Source: a virus
DNA length: 57,003 nucleotides
Virus record (IMG/VR): IMGVR_UViG_3300040801_002155
Location: 1-57,003 of that record
Direction: 5' to 3' (one strand)
Part shown: one piece after another, positions 8,814 to 17,752 of the stretch
How positions within the stretch are numbered: the first letter of the stretch is position 1
Layout of the letters: every line of letters begins with the position of its first letter
Notes under the pieces: generated by a model
The model's input: the letters and a program-made list of their open reading frames with translations, nothing else
Database searches by the model: none
What the model was told of the DNA's origin: nothing
Program-made: the position numbers and the translations under genes

Positions 8814-9347
8814 TTAAAATGGATAATTCACAGACAAATATGTCATCATTTGATACCATAATTCAACTTTATGCTGGGGTTTATGTACACCCCGGCGCCA
8901 ATTTTTAATTGGAAATATAGAACCTCTGCCATCCGATAAATATTGGCGTTCTAAAAATTTAAGCAGTATACTATGAATCTCTAATTCATTTTCTTCCGTA
9001 ACGTTTGAATCTGTAAAGATAAGTAAATCTAAATTATCAAGAAACTCCCAGAATAAATCCACATAATCTACATCATATCCTGTTCCACTAATGTTCCATT
9101 CCATACGTTTACTTAACGCTATTAGCATTTCAAGCATCCTACAAGGCCCAAATAACTCCCGGCCTTCATAGAATACCCCATCTCTTAGCATTAGCCCATC
9201 TTCTGCTCGATTTTGATCGTTCGGAAGGACACTATAAAACTCTTTTTGCCACAAAATATCAAGAAGAATTTCATAATAAGGACTTTCATGATTTTGAACT
9301 TCGGTTTTTAAATAGTTCGCATATGATTCTTCAGTTTTATCAGTCAT
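8814..9347 (-). CDS. Hypothetical protein (177 aa)
   Basis: Long minus-strand ORF with a GGAGG RBS. It sits between a terminator (9373-9406) and the repeat cluster. Confidence 0.6.
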   Translation of the reverse strand: MTDKTEESYANYLKTEVQNHESPYYEILLDILWQKEFYSVLPNDQNRAEDGLMLRDGVFYEGRELFGPCRMLEMLIALSKRMEWNISGTGYDVDYVDLFWEFLDNLDLLIFTDSNVTEENELEIHSILLKFLERQYLSDGRGSIFPIKNWRRGVHKPQHKVELWYQMMTYLSVNYPF

Positions 9348-9372
9348 AATAGTGTACCTCCTTTCTTGTCAG

Positions 9373-9406
9373 AGAAAAAAAGAGAGGCATGTTACTAACC
9401 TCTCTT
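9373..9406 (-). terminator. Rho-independent terminator
   Basis: Minus strand reads AAGAGAGG-TTAGTAACATG-CCTCTCTT followed by TTTTTTT, directly after the stop of 9430..10311. Confidence 0.7.
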
Positions 9407-9429
9407 CTTTTCATAAATATAACTAAATA

Positions 9430-10311
9430 TTAGCCCTCTTGTTCCAGATCATTGTCCATTGGAATATCATTGTAATTGATTTTTTGATTTTTAGGACGTT
9501 TGTAGGGTGTGGTTTTTGGCTTTCGGGGTTTTTCTTCTTCATACTCCATCGATCTGGCATCCATGGCCTCTTTCGTTCGAGCTAAACGACGATAATTTTT
9601 TTCTTTATCAGTTTCAAGTCTGATACTAACCTCCTCGTTATAAGATTTACTAAGGGCGTGAATTTCATAATCAGTTTCGATTGTTTCAGATCGTACAAAT
9701 ACTGTTGACTTACGCTCAACGGCTTCTTCCCAATCCCATCCAAGAATATCATATGGACTGTGAAGTATTTCATCATTCTCAGTGCACATAATACTGTCGA
9801 ACCGATAATAATACAGATCAATCTTTTCATAACCGTTATCCTGCATAAATACAGTATAATCGATTAAATATGGTTCATCCCTCGGTTCTGGTTCGTCATC
9901 TTCTTCCAAATATTCTGGATGCTCCTCGTCTTCAAGATCATCATCATCATACTCGACATATTCCACTTCATCGAAAAACTCTGGATCGATATTACCCTCT
10001 ATTATAACACCATCTTCAGTGGTTTTTACGCTTTGAACTTTTCCAATTAAATCTTCTGGGGAAGGCTTTGCATATCGTTCAACTAATTTCCGATTTTCTT
10101 CTTTTTCTTCTACTTCGATCTCATTTGCATACTTTTTTGTAAAATATGCACGGACGTCCATAATCTCTTCCTCAGCAAGTTCTTGATAGTGCTCTTCCAG
10201 CAATTTCTTTGCAATGAAGAACCCGGCTCCTCCACCGGCCACAAAGGCAAGGCCGATAATTAATAGTGCTTTTGGGTCACTTGTTTGTATTTTCATTTTT
10301 TTCCTTTCCAT
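9430..10311 (-). CDS. Membrane-anchored, highly acidic hypothetical protein
   Basis: N-terminal TM segment ALLIIGLAFVAGGGAGFFIA, then long D/E-rich stretches. An alternative start at 10296 (MKIQ) has the better RBS. Confidence 0.6.
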   Translation of the reverse strand: MERKKMKIQTSDPKALLIIGLAFVAGGGAGFFIAKKLLEEHYQELAEEEIMDVRAYFTKKYANEIEVEEKEENRKLVERYAKPSPEDLIGKVQSVKTTEDGVIIEGNIDPEFFDEVEYVEYDDDDLEDEEHPEYLEEDDEPEPRDEPYLIDYTVFMQDNGYEKIDLYYYRFDSIMCTENDEILHSPYDILGWDWEEAVERKSTVFVRSETIETDYEIHALSKSYNEEVSIRLETDKEKNYRRLARTKEAMDARSMEYEEEKPRKPKTTPYKRPKNQKINYNDIPMDNDLEQEG

Positions 10312-10594
10312 TTAACTCATCAAAACTAAAAGATATGGCGCCCGTTACCATCAATAAACCTCCGATAAATCCGAGGGTATTAAGGATGGACATTCCTGTG
10401 GTATTCCGCATAAGTATAAAACCCACAAGAAAGAACAGGATAGTAATAATCCATTCGATTCGTTTTTCCTTTTTAATTTGTTTATGTTCTTCGGCACCTT
10501 TTCCCAGATCATAAAGATGATCTGGTTTGTTCTTTTGTAAATAGTCATTTAGATCATTTAAACTTTTTGTTAATTCATCTTCAACCGGTGTCAT
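10277..10594 (-). CDS. Small membrane protein
   Basis: 105 aa with two hydrophobic segments (WIITILFFLVGFILM and GFIGGLLMVTGAISF). Confidence 0.5.
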   Translation of the reverse strand: MTPVEDELTKSLNDLNDYLQKNKPDHLYDLGKGAEEHKQIKKEKRIEWIITILFFLVGFILMRNTTGMSILNTLGFIGGLLMVTGAISFSFDELNGKEKNENTNK

Positions 10595-10596
10595 TG

Positions 10597-10830
10597 TTAT
10601 CTCCTTTCCCAGTGTATCTCAACTGGTTCGCCATAGTAATTTGTAACGTACATGTATTCAGCATCATAGTTTTTATGCATGTCCATGAGCAAAGTTTCCC
10701 GCTGTAAAGCAGTAAAACCAAACTCAGTAAGGTCTAAATATATTTCGCCATCCTCATCCATCCATAAATTGCTTTCTGCTAAATAATAGACTGGTTGCGC
10801 ACTGTCCGGAGGAAAGGTTTTGTCGAACAT
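10597..10830 (-). CDS. Hypothetical protein (77 aa)
   Basis: Minus-strand ORF tightly packed against its neighbours, with an RBS. Confidence 0.5.
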   Translation of the reverse strand: MFDKTFPPDSAQPVYYLAESNLWMDEDGEIYLDLTEFGFTALQRETLLMDMHKNYDAEYMYVTNYYGEPVEIHWERR

Positions 10831-10841
10831 TATTTACTCCT

Positions 10842-11093
10842 TTAGGATATCGCCATGCGAATCCGTCGTACATAAGATTCAATTTTTGCTTGTTCTGCTT
10901 TTGTTTTAGGGTCTTTATACCGATAAAATGCATTCCGTAATGAACTGAAATATACTGAATTGCCATTTTTATCAGTAACTACCCATCGCCGTCTTCCCAT
11001 AAACTCGCCACGACTTAATGTCATCCCTAACTCAGCTAGCATTTTCATTAATAATCTTTTGGGGACTCGCCCCCGTGTATCTTTAGCCATCAT
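10842..11093 (-). CDS. Hypothetical basic protein (83 aa)
   Basis: Minus-strand ORF, K/R-rich. Possibly nucleic-acid binding, but unsupported. Confidence 0.5.
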   Translation of the reverse strand: MMAKDTRGRVPKRLLMKMLAELGMTLSRGEFMGRRRWVVTDKNGNSVYFSSLRNAFYRYKDPKTKAEQAKIESYVRRIRMAIS

Positions 11094-11263
11094 ACTCCTT
11101 TTTAGTTGTAATACATGGACATCAATCTTCTTTTATTCCAGTAGCATACATAATAAATATCATTATGTTAAAAAGTATTTTAACCATGATGTGGTGAAAT
11201 TGTATCTTTGTGCTGGCCGTAGTTATTGCATTCCTTATATCTTCAATTTTATACGCATTTATT

Positions 11264-11668
11264 TCAGCCATTATTCTCCTTTTCATTTTTTAAATATGAA
11301 TGTAACATTCCTAAAACACAGGCAGGACAGAATTTTCCACCCATAATATTGTCGGCCATAACGGTTGCTAAAATATCATCATTGCATGGCTGTCCGCATC
11401 GAGAACACTGTGTAATTGTTACTTCTTCGATTGGTCTAATTTCAAAGTCGGCCTCCACAAATGATGGTTCTGGTGCTGAATATAAATGTTCAATTCCAGT
11501 AATATTACGCAGGGTTATTATTGCCTCGAATGAATTGCCCTCTTTATAGAGAACCTCAAACATCTCCTCAAAATTATTAATAATTTTAGTTTTTAAAAGA
11601 CGTTTAGTACTCTCTTTATCTGGCCAGCGAATTTGATATCGATAGATCGATTTTAATTCATTCGGCAT
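11264..11668 (-). CDS. Hypothetical protein with a Cys4 zinc-ribbon-like motif
   Basis: CSRCGQPC ... CPAC pairs in the C-terminal half. Confidence 0.5.
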   Translation of the reverse strand: MPNELKSIYRYQIRWPDKESTKRLLKTKIINNFEEMFEVLYKEGNSFEAIITLRNITGIEHLYSAPEPSFVEADFEIRPIEEVTITQCSRCGQPCNDDILATVMADNIMGGKFCPACVLGMLHSYLKNEKENNG

Positions 11669-11670
11669 GT

Positions 11671-11841
11671 TTAAGCCTCCATCTTATAGGTGACTTCTTT
11701 TTTCGTAACTTTGATGATACGTCCTAAGAAGCCGACCCTACCTTTAGAGTCTTTGAATTCTCGCAGCTCTCCCACCTGACCCCTGCGAACAGGACTAAAC
11801 TTTGAATTGTATCGTGTAACTTCCATTCCTTTTTTTAACAT
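11671..11841 (-). CDS. Small hypothetical protein (56 aa), below the track cutoff
   Basis: Hand translation: MLKKGMEVTRYNSKFSPVRRGQVGELREFKDSKGRVGFLGRIIKVTKKEVTYKMEA. It fills an otherwise empty 213-nt gap. Confidence 0.4.
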   Translation of the reverse strand: MLKKGMEVTRYNSKFSPVRRGQVGELREFKDSKGRVGFLGRIIKVTKKEVTYKMEA

Positions 11842-11881
11842 CTTCTTCCATTCCTTTTTTCTTATATCGGTGAATATAATT

Positions 11882-12193
11882 TTAGTCGTTATCTAAACTT
11901 TTAGGAGGAATAACCACCTCCCAATTTGTTAAAATATCCTCATTGGTCATTTTGGATACTTTTCCATCTTTTAAAACTAGCCATTCTCCTTGACGTATAG
12001 TTATACGCTGACTCCATGGTCCTTGGTTCACAACAAAGGCGGAAATATCATTGGTAGCAACACTTCCGACTGACCAAAAACCGTCATTGGCAACCTCTTT
12101 TAGAAGAAATCCAATTTCATCAACATTCTCTTTAGTAAATCGAACAGCTTTAATGAATTCTGGAACTCTTTTTTTAAACTTATGTAAAGGCAT
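11882..12193 (-). CDS. Hypothetical protein (103 aa)
   Basis: Minus-strand ORF with an RBS. Confidence 0.55.
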   Translation of the reverse strand: MPLHKFKKRVPEFIKAVRFTKENVDEIGFLLKEVANDGFWSVGSVATNDISAFVVNQGPWSQRITIRQGEWLVLKDGKVSKMTNEDILTNWEVVIPPKSLDND

Positions 12194-12203
12194 AATATCA
12201 CTC

Positions 12204-12341
12204 CTAAACCGATAGGGCCAGTAAGTTTAAAAACCAGGCTCCGATTCGTGGAACTAAGTACATATAGCCAATGATAAACATTATTAATACTGCCACAAAT
12301 ATCAATAAATCGGTGAACCAATCATGATTGCTGTACTTCAT
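12204..12341 (-). CDS. Small membrane protein (45 aa from the internal start)
   Basis: AAGGAGAATAAAATG start gives MKYSNHDWFTDLLIFVAVLIMFIIGYMYL. The tracked 61-aa form overlaps the upstream gene. Confidence 0.4.
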   Translation of the reverse strand: MKYSNHDWFTDLLIFVAVLIMFIIGYMYLVPRIGAWFLNLLALSV

Positions 12342-12351
12342 TTTATTCTCC

Positions 12352-12552
12352 TTAATATGATTTTGAAAGAGTAAATTCGAATTCCTCAATCTCTGATAAG
12401 TTCAGAGTGGTTGTTTGTGTAGTAAGACGATCTTCTGTTATTATTTTTAATCTTTTAGTAGTGGCATTAAACTCCAAATATATTACATCATCATGAGCCA
12501 GGTATTTTCCACTTTGCACCGCTTCAAATTCAAACCTTGGGTAAGAATCCAT
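12352..12552 (-). CDS. Hypothetical protein (66 aa)
   Basis: Minus-strand ORF with an RBS. Confidence 0.5.
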   Translation of the reverse strand: MDSYPRFEFEAVQSGKYLAHDDVIYLEFNATTKRLKIITEDRLTTQTTTLNLSEIEEFEFTLSKSY

Positions 12553-12564
12553 TTTATTCTCCTT

Positions 12565-12816
12565 TTAGTAATATCCGTCATTATCTTCTTTTAAACGACG
12601 GTGAAGTTCTTTCTTTATTTGAATTTGTTTTAAATTTGTTACGAACTGATTTATGGCATTGAACAATCCGAAATTAAAAAACATAGTCGCCATTAAAAGC
12701 GCAAAGATTTTCCAAGGTTCTGCATCGCAAACAGATTTAACAATTAGTACTGCTATAAACATTAACGCTGCATTGAAAATATAAATTAGTGTATTCCTAA
12801 GTGTGTTATACTCCAT
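12565..12816 (-). CDS. Small membrane protein (83 aa)
   Basis: Two hydrophobic segments, then a basic tail. Confidence 0.5.
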   Translation of the reverse strand: MEYNTLRNTLIYIFNAALMFIAVLIVKSVCDAEPWKIFALLMATMFFNFGLFNAINQFVTNLKQIQIKKELHRRLKEDNDGYY

Positions 12817-13048
12817 GCTTTTCTCCTTTTAAAATTCTATCAAATTCTGCTCTTATTACTTCTTCCCAATCTTTTTTAAGAGCTCTTTCGATTTCTTGTT
12901 GCAAGAACATTAGTTTTTCTGCCGAGACCATAATGGATTTGGGATCGTCTTTACAAGGTTCTTTTAAAGAAACCTCATATAGCCCTCTTGCCAAACGATG
13001 CAAACTAACGGTTATTCCCTCAAATTCACCCTCCCAAATTTTAGTCAT
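12806..13048 (-). CDS. Hypothetical protein (80 aa)
   Basis: Minus-strand ORF followed by a terminator at 13067-13100. Confidence 0.5.
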   Translation of the reverse strand: MTKIWEGEFEGITVSLHRLARGLYEVSLKEPCKDDPKSIMVSAEKLMFLQQEIERALKKDWEEVIRAEFDRILKGEKHGV

Positions 13049-13066
13049 TTATTTTCTCCTTTTAGA

Positions 13067-13100
13067 AAAGAAAATAGCCTAAGATTTCTCTCAGGCTATT
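13067..13100 (-). terminator. Rho-independent terminator, identical in sequence to 23967-24001
   Basis: Minus strand reads AATAGCCT-GAGAGAAATCTT-AGGCTATT followed by TTCTTTT. Confidence 0.7.
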
Positions 13101-13120
13101 TCTTTACCCTTATACAAGTT

Positions 13121-13345
13121 TCATCTTTGCGTTTTAAAATAGATTGTATCAGCAAGTCCGATAGCAATATCGGCAAGCAATACGCCGGTTGATACTGAAA
13201 CTGCTCTTTTAACAATGCGCGAAGTCTTTTCTTGTTTAGACTCATTTACATTGTCATTAAGAGCTTCTTCAATAGCAACGGACACCGTTGTGCCAACTAC
13301 AAGTATCGTTCCTAATACAAAAAGTGGTCTTAATTCGCTATCCAT
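13121..13345 (-). CDS. Small membrane protein (74 aa)
   Basis: Hydrophobic segments PLFVLGTILVVGTTVSVAI and GVLLADIAIGLA. It lies directly downstream of a conserved promoter element. Confidence 0.55.
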   Translation of the reverse strand: MDSELRPLFVLGTILVVGTTVSVAIEEALNDNVNESKQEKTSRIVKRAVSVSTGVLLADIAIGLADTIYFKTQR

Positions 13346-13365
13346 TTTTACTCCTTTAATATAGT

Positions 13366-13394
13366 GGGTTCATTATACCCTTTGTTTTTATTGT
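13366..13394 (-). promoter_or_regulatory. Conserved promoter-like element (ACAATAAAAACAAAGGGTATAATGAACCC)
   Basis: One of at least 11 copies of the same ~29-nt block, each ending about 20 nt upstream of an RBS and ATG. Confidence 0.5.
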
Positions 13395-13397
13395 CTT

Positions 13398-13703
13398 TTA
13401 GATATGTCCTTTAAGTTCCGGAATCTTAAGTTCAACATAATCTTTAAATCCAGTTTCTCTGATTATCTTAAGTCCAACTTGTTTATTGACACGGTTTGCA
13501 AAACTAAGCCATTTTCGATCTTGTTCTTTTATAACACTGAGCATCGTCGAATTGGATTCCGAATGGCGCATTTTACAAATCTCTTTAACCTCATTTAAGA
13601 AATCAGCTAATATGGAGAAAATTTTATTATTTATTGCATCGGTGGTCTCATAGGGAATCCCGGCAACAAATTCATTTGCATACTCTTTAGCTTTTTTCAT
13701 CAT
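13398..13703 (-). CDS. Hypothetical protein (101 aa)
   Basis: Minus-strand ORF. Confidence 0.55.
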   Translation of the reverse strand: MMKKAKEYANEFVAGIPYETTDAINNKIFSILADFLNEVKEICKMRHSESNSTMLSVIKEQDRKWLSFANRVNKQVGLKIIRETGFKDYVELKIPELKGHI

Positions 13704-13944
13704 TTACTCCTTTGAATGTCCTATTCAACATTGGTAAGATCAAGTGAATATCCGTTGTGCCAAAAGTTTCGAAAAGAACTTTATCATCATAAGCTTTCTT
13801 CATCGCTTCTTTTAAAATTGGCAGCGACTTTTTAAGTATGCGTATAATTTCATTTACCACCTCTACCAATTTGGCGCAAGCTTCAATAAACGCCTCAATA
13901 TACATCTCTGAAACTTTATTAATTTTTGCAATTTCTGAATTCAT
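13687..13944 (-). CDS. Hypothetical protein (85 aa)
   Basis: Minus-strand ORF, helical and charged. Confidence 0.5.
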   Translation of the reverse strand: MNSEIAKINKVSEMYIEAFIEACAKLVEVVNEIIRILKKSLPILKEAMKKAYDDKVLFETFGTTDIHLILPMLNRTFKGVNDEKS

Positions 13945-13945
13945 C

Positions 13946-14404
13946 TTAGAATCCTCCCTCTGGAGATACTAAATGTGCAAGGTAACTAAGCGCCTCATCA
14001 TGCTCAGTAAATACAATGTCCGCAGCCTCAAGAATGAAGGCATGCCTATGAATATTATCCTCTTGCATAGTAAGAACAGTATGCTTTCGCAAAATATGAC
14101 CCCAGGCTAATTCCATAGTTGAGCCAATGGAAACGTGATTCGCCATACTCAAATTGCAATATAGGACATCGCACAAGGATACCATCCAGCAATCACGCTC
14201 AATAATAGCGTGGTTTGTTGACATTGGATAACCGGCATAGCCTTCTGCTTTGAATTTTAGTTCGTTTCGAAAATATCCCTTAGCTGTTAATGGACTAAAT
14301 ACTTGATAACCCATTCCCGTCAAAACGGACTTTACATTTTTAAAATATGAGAAAACATCTTCTCCACTTAATCCGCTAATAGATGCGGCGGTATAGATTT
14401 TCAT
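13946..14404 (-). CDS. Nucleoside 2-deoxyribosyltransferase-like protein (small form)
   Basis: MKIYTAASISG...GYQVFSP...CDVLYCNL...IGSTMELAWG fits the Rossmann-like NDT/DUF4406 pattern, recalled from memory. Confidence 0.5.
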   Translation of the reverse strand: MKIYTAASISGLSGEDVFSYFKNVKSVLTGMGYQVFSPLTAKGYFRNELKFKAEGYAGYPMSTNHAIIERDCWMVSLCDVLYCNLSMANHVSIGSTMELAWGHILRKHTVLTMQEDNIHRHAFILEAADIVFTEHDEALSYLAHLVSPEGGF

Positions 14405-15066
14405 AGCTTTTCCTCAATTTCTCGCATTCCGTTTTTATAGAAATTTAACAGCGGAGTTACGAATTTATTTTCATTTCTTCGGCATAAAGACTGTATTGTA
14501 TTCATATTTAATCCACCCATGATGATAAAGAAATCTGCCATGTCATTTGTACTTGGAAACATTAAAGTAACATTATGATGAATGATATCGAAATATCGAT
14601 CTTCTTTTTCGTTAATCATAAGTACTGGAATGCCTGCACCAATTGCAACGCCAACTTCAAATATCAATCCAATCCCAGAAGGATTATCTTCGGACATATA
14701 TGCAATTACTAAATCCGAGTCTAAAAGATTAATTCTATCCCATTTGGAGTATTGAATCGGATTGGTTAGACCACTTTTCCGAGGATCTACAAATAAAACC
14801 TCTGTATAGGCATTAATAAAGTAATCTTGCCAATCGCCATGCATTCCTCCAGACAAATATACTTTTGGTTGTTTTTCGTTTTTTCGAGGGATCGCAGTAC
14901 TTCTTTTACTTAAATAGTTTTCAAATTCTGAAAATAGCTTATCAAATTTGGTTTTTTCAAAATCTGCGGAATAAAGATACCCAGGAAAGCCCATTCCACC
15001 AAGTCTAGATTGCTTAATGGATAAAAATATTTTATAAATCTCTGCAAATAATGTTGACTCTTCCAT
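14401..15066 (-). CDS. Nucleoside 2-deoxyribosyltransferase-like protein
   Basis: PKVYLSGGMHGDW...SDLVIAYMSEDNPSGIGLIFEVGVAIGAGIPVLMI. Start set at MEESTLF (RBS AAAGGAG) just past the upstream stop. It overlaps the next gene by 4 nt. Confidence 0.6.
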   Translation of the reverse strand: MEESTLFAEIYKIFLSIKQSRLGGMGFPGYLYSADFEKTKFDKLFSEFENYLSKRSTAIPRKNEKQPKVYLSGGMHGDWQDYFINAYTEVLFVDPRKSGLTNPIQYSKWDRINLLDSDLVIAYMSEDNPSGIGLIFEVGVAIGAGIPVLMINEKEDRYFDIIHHNVTLMFPSTNDMADFFIIMGGLNMNTIQSLCRRNENKFVTPLLNFYKNGMREIEEKL

Positions 15067-15079
15067 TTTTATACTCCTT

Positions 15080-15508
15080 TCAGATAAATATAGGTGATTG
15101 TAATACTGCTTCAAGCTTCTGAATCGTTTCCGGTTTAGGAAATTTCTCTCCGTGTTCAATAGTATAAAGAGTATTCTTTCCTAAACCGGCTTTTTTTGAT
15201 AGGGCCACTTGCGATAAGCCCATCTCTGTTCTTAGTTTTTTTAATCTAATGGCATAGTCTGGAATATGATCCTTCTTATAAACTTCTCTATCATTCCAGC
15301 TTTCAATTGCTTTATTTCCGGTGGATTGCATAACGCCCAATTTCCAGCAATTTAAACAGATAACACGATAATTATTCTTATCATATTTTAATACTGTAGG
15401 GCCTCGCCTTCTTGTTGGAATGTTATATGGTGATTTACACTTTGGGCAAATATCAATCAGATGATCCATGAATTTTTTCCATGACCTCGCCGAAATCAAA
15501 AACGCCAT
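15080..15508 (-). CDS. Zinc-ribbon (Lar-like) + XRE-family HTH fusion protein
   Basis: N-terminus CPKC...CLNC...AIESWN. C-terminus LKKLRTEMGLSQVALSKKAGLGKNTLYTIEHGEKFP is a classic XRE HTH. Confidence 0.6.
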   Translation of the reverse strand: MAFLISARSWKKFMDHLIDICPKCKSPYNIPTRRRGPTVLKYDKNNYRVICLNCWKLGVMQSTGNKAIESWNDREVYKKDHIPDYAIRLKKLRTEMGLSQVALSKKAGLGKNTLYTIEHGEKFPKPETIQKLEAVLQSPIFI

Positions 15509-16370
15509 CCTTTTTCAAGCTTTTTAGATAATATATTAATCTATCCATTTCCTCATCTGTAAGTCCTGAATTGGTGGGTTTTGCAGCAAATTCTTCGGTT
15601 TCCATAATTTTTGGTTGAGTTCTAAGTTCATACTCATTATTAATAAAATCTGATAATTCTCGAATTAGCTGATTGCGCAAATCCATTACTTCAACAAGTG
15701 TTAGGTTTTCAAGTTCAGAAGCTCTAATTTGGATTTTTAAAAGAGAATCATTCTCATTATTTTTATACTCGTCAATTTTTCGTAAGGCCTCATCGAGATA
15801 CGTTAGGCTATCTAACTTTACAGGATCGATGATGTTTTGTTCTTTTTTCGTAAAATCTTCCATTGCTTGTTTAAAAGCCGCGTTTGCACGGTCTATATCC
15901 ACCGAAGTAGTAAAGTTGTATGCGACTTTATTATTCTGATCCTTTAGACTTACAGGTTCTGAAGTATCTTTTTTAAATTCTTCAATTTCTTTAAATAGTT
16001 CTAAAATTGCGCTTTCTTTTAGAAGCCGATTCGTTTCATAAAGAGCCGGAATATCTAAAGGATCTTCACGTGGCTTTTCATTATACAAACAGATTGCTAT
16101 AAGAGAATATACTGCTAGATCTAGCAGCGTATCGGTAATATGCTCTCCGACTTGATCGTTCGTAGGATCTTTGGAGAGATTACAAACCCGAATAAACTTA
16201 TCGCTCATCCGTATGAGGCATCCTTGAAAAGCAGATATACCTAACATCTCGGCCATACGGAAGTTTGCCCAAGGATCGTCCGCGTCCTTACCAGCATAGC
16301 CATCGTTTTTACGTTTATGCAGATCTCGAATATCATCTAACAGCTTTATGAATTCTTTACTTTCAGCCAT
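15453..16370 (-). CDS. DUF1599-like (MazG-like all-alpha) N-terminal domain + coiled-coil C-terminal region
   Basis: HKRKNDGYAG...GCLIRMSDKFIRVCNL...ITDTLLDLAVYSLIAI matches the DUF1599 pattern as I recall it. Confidence 0.45.
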   Translation of the reverse strand: MAESKEFIKLLDDIRDLHKRKNDGYAGKDADDPWANFRMAEMLGISAFQGCLIRMSDKFIRVCNLSKDPTNDQVGEHITDTLLDLAVYSLIAICLYNEKPREDPLDIPALYETNRLLKESAILELFKEIEEFKKDTSEPVSLKDQNNKVAYNFTTSVDIDRANAAFKQAMEDFTKKEQNIIDPVKLDSLTYLDEALRKIDEYKNNENDSLLKIQIRASELENLTLVEVMDLRNQLIRELSDFINNEYELRTQPKIMETEEFAAKPTNSGLTDEEMDRLIYYLKSLKKDGVFDFGEVMEKIHGSSD

Positions 16371-16878
16371 TGAAAACTCCTTCTAATATAACTTCGCCAT
16401 TTCGGATTGGAAAGATATGAAAATATGTTCCTGCGCGAAGATTGTCTATGAGCTCTGGATGACTTCCTTCAATAAGGGTTCGATATTCCTTTGCAATTTT
16501 AATGGCATCGGTTTTGTCTTTGGCCCAAATCCTAATTCTCATATCCATAAATCTAGGAGGCGTCGTGAAAATATCAAACTCGTGGTTTCCACCATAAATG
16601 ATCATATCTCCAGATTTCAATCCCGTAAGATCCTCATCATTAAAACTACCAGTATCAATGGATAAAATCTCTCCTTTTCGATCAAAATAAACGACCCAAT
16701 AATTATAATCTTCTGGGAATTTATTTAGGTCCCATTTATCCATAATAAATGGTTCAATGTTTGCCTCGTCATCATTCATTAATTTTTTATATTTTTCAGC
16801 ATCTTTTTCATTAGAAAACACTGCACAAATATGATACTCAGAATAGTACCCACTCGTTACAATAAAAACTTCAGCCAT
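16363..16878 (-). CDS. Hypothetical protein (171 aa)
   Basis: Minus-strand ORF overlapping both neighbours by 8 nt, consistent with translational coupling. Confidence 0.55.
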   Translation of the reverse strand: MAEVFIVTSGYYSEYHICAVFSNEKDAEKYKKLMNDDEANIEPFIMDKWDLNKFPEDYNYWVVYFDRKGEILSIDTGSFNDEDLTGLKSGDMIIYGGNHEFDIFTTPPRFMDMRIRIWAKDKTDAIKIAKEYRTLIEGSHPELIDNLRAGTYFHIFPIRNGEVILEGVFNG

Positions 16879-17374
16879 TGTCTTCTTCCTCCATTAACCA
16901 TTCTGGGTGATCTTCTCTGGCTTTTGCACATACTGCATTGCCTACGACTTTAAGCCAGGGCATACCAAGCTTTCCATTTTTGTATTGGTCATAATAATCT
17001 CTATAACGAGCCATTATTCGTGTTGGAGCATCGGCAATATTTTTTTGCCTCCAAGTATTACCCCATCTTCTTTGGTCTCCTTTAAGTCGAGCTAACATCA
17101 GGGGAACAAACTCGCGTTCGAAATAATGTATAAGTATTAAATCGTCTGGATCTTCTTCGGCTTCTTTAAGCAATCTAATCTTTTCTTTTGTAACCACATC
17201 ATTAAGACGAGAATATAAATACTCAAGCTGTTCACGATCTATATCAACTCTATATACATCATATGGTAAAGCATCGACATTACTAATTTTTGAAACTACT
17301 TCTGAACTAGTAATTCCATTGAATACAAGTTGAATTTCTTCCAATATTTCTAAAAGATGCTTAGTCATGGCCAT
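16871..17374 (-). CDS. Hypothetical protein, possibly related to NTP pyrophosphohydrolases
   Basis: GDQRRWGNTW...PWLKVVGNAVCAKAREDHPEW. Start set at MAMTKHLL (RBS AAGGAG). The family assignment is uncertain. Confidence 0.4.
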   Translation of the reverse strand: MAMTKHLLEILEEIQLVFNGITSSEVVSKISNVDALPYDVYRVDIDREQLEYLYSRLNDVVTKEKIRLLKEAEEDPDDLILIHYFEREFVPLMLARLKGDQRRWGNTWRQKNIADAPTRIMARYRDYYDQYKNGKLGMPWLKVVGNAVCAKAREDHPEWLMEEEDNG

Positions 17375-17741
17375 CGGATTTCTCCTTATTAATAATATCA
17401 TAAGTATCGCTTGTCATTAAAATATAAGCCGTATGATCATTATCGACAGCCAAACCAACTTCAATAAACGGAACTAATCTTTTACTTTCAGTTGGAGCTC
17501 CCACCGCCGAATATCTTTTGATTAAAACTCGAAGCAAATCGACGTCAGTAAAGCAGTCAAATATAATCTCTTTATTGCGCTCAAGAAATCCTGCCATTAC
17601 CTCTTTGGTCTTATCAATTAAGATCTTACCAGATGCAAGGGCATTGGTTAAGCGAGCAATCTCTTCGTTTTTGGCTTTGGTCATAGACAGTGCCCCGATG
17701 ATTAATCCGAGCACAAATATAAATAGAAATTGAATGAACAT
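17361..17741 (-). CDS. N-terminally anchored membrane protein (126 aa)
   Basis: MFIQFLFIFVLGLIIGALS TM segment. Confidence 0.5.
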   Translation of the reverse strand: MFIQFLFIFVLGLIIGALSMTKAKNEEIARLTNALASGKILIDKTKEVMAGFLERNKEIIFDCFTDVDLLRVLIKRYSAVGAPTESKRLVPFIEVGLAVDNDHTAYILMTSDTYDIINKEKSDGHD

Positions 17742-17752
17742 TTTATCTCCTT

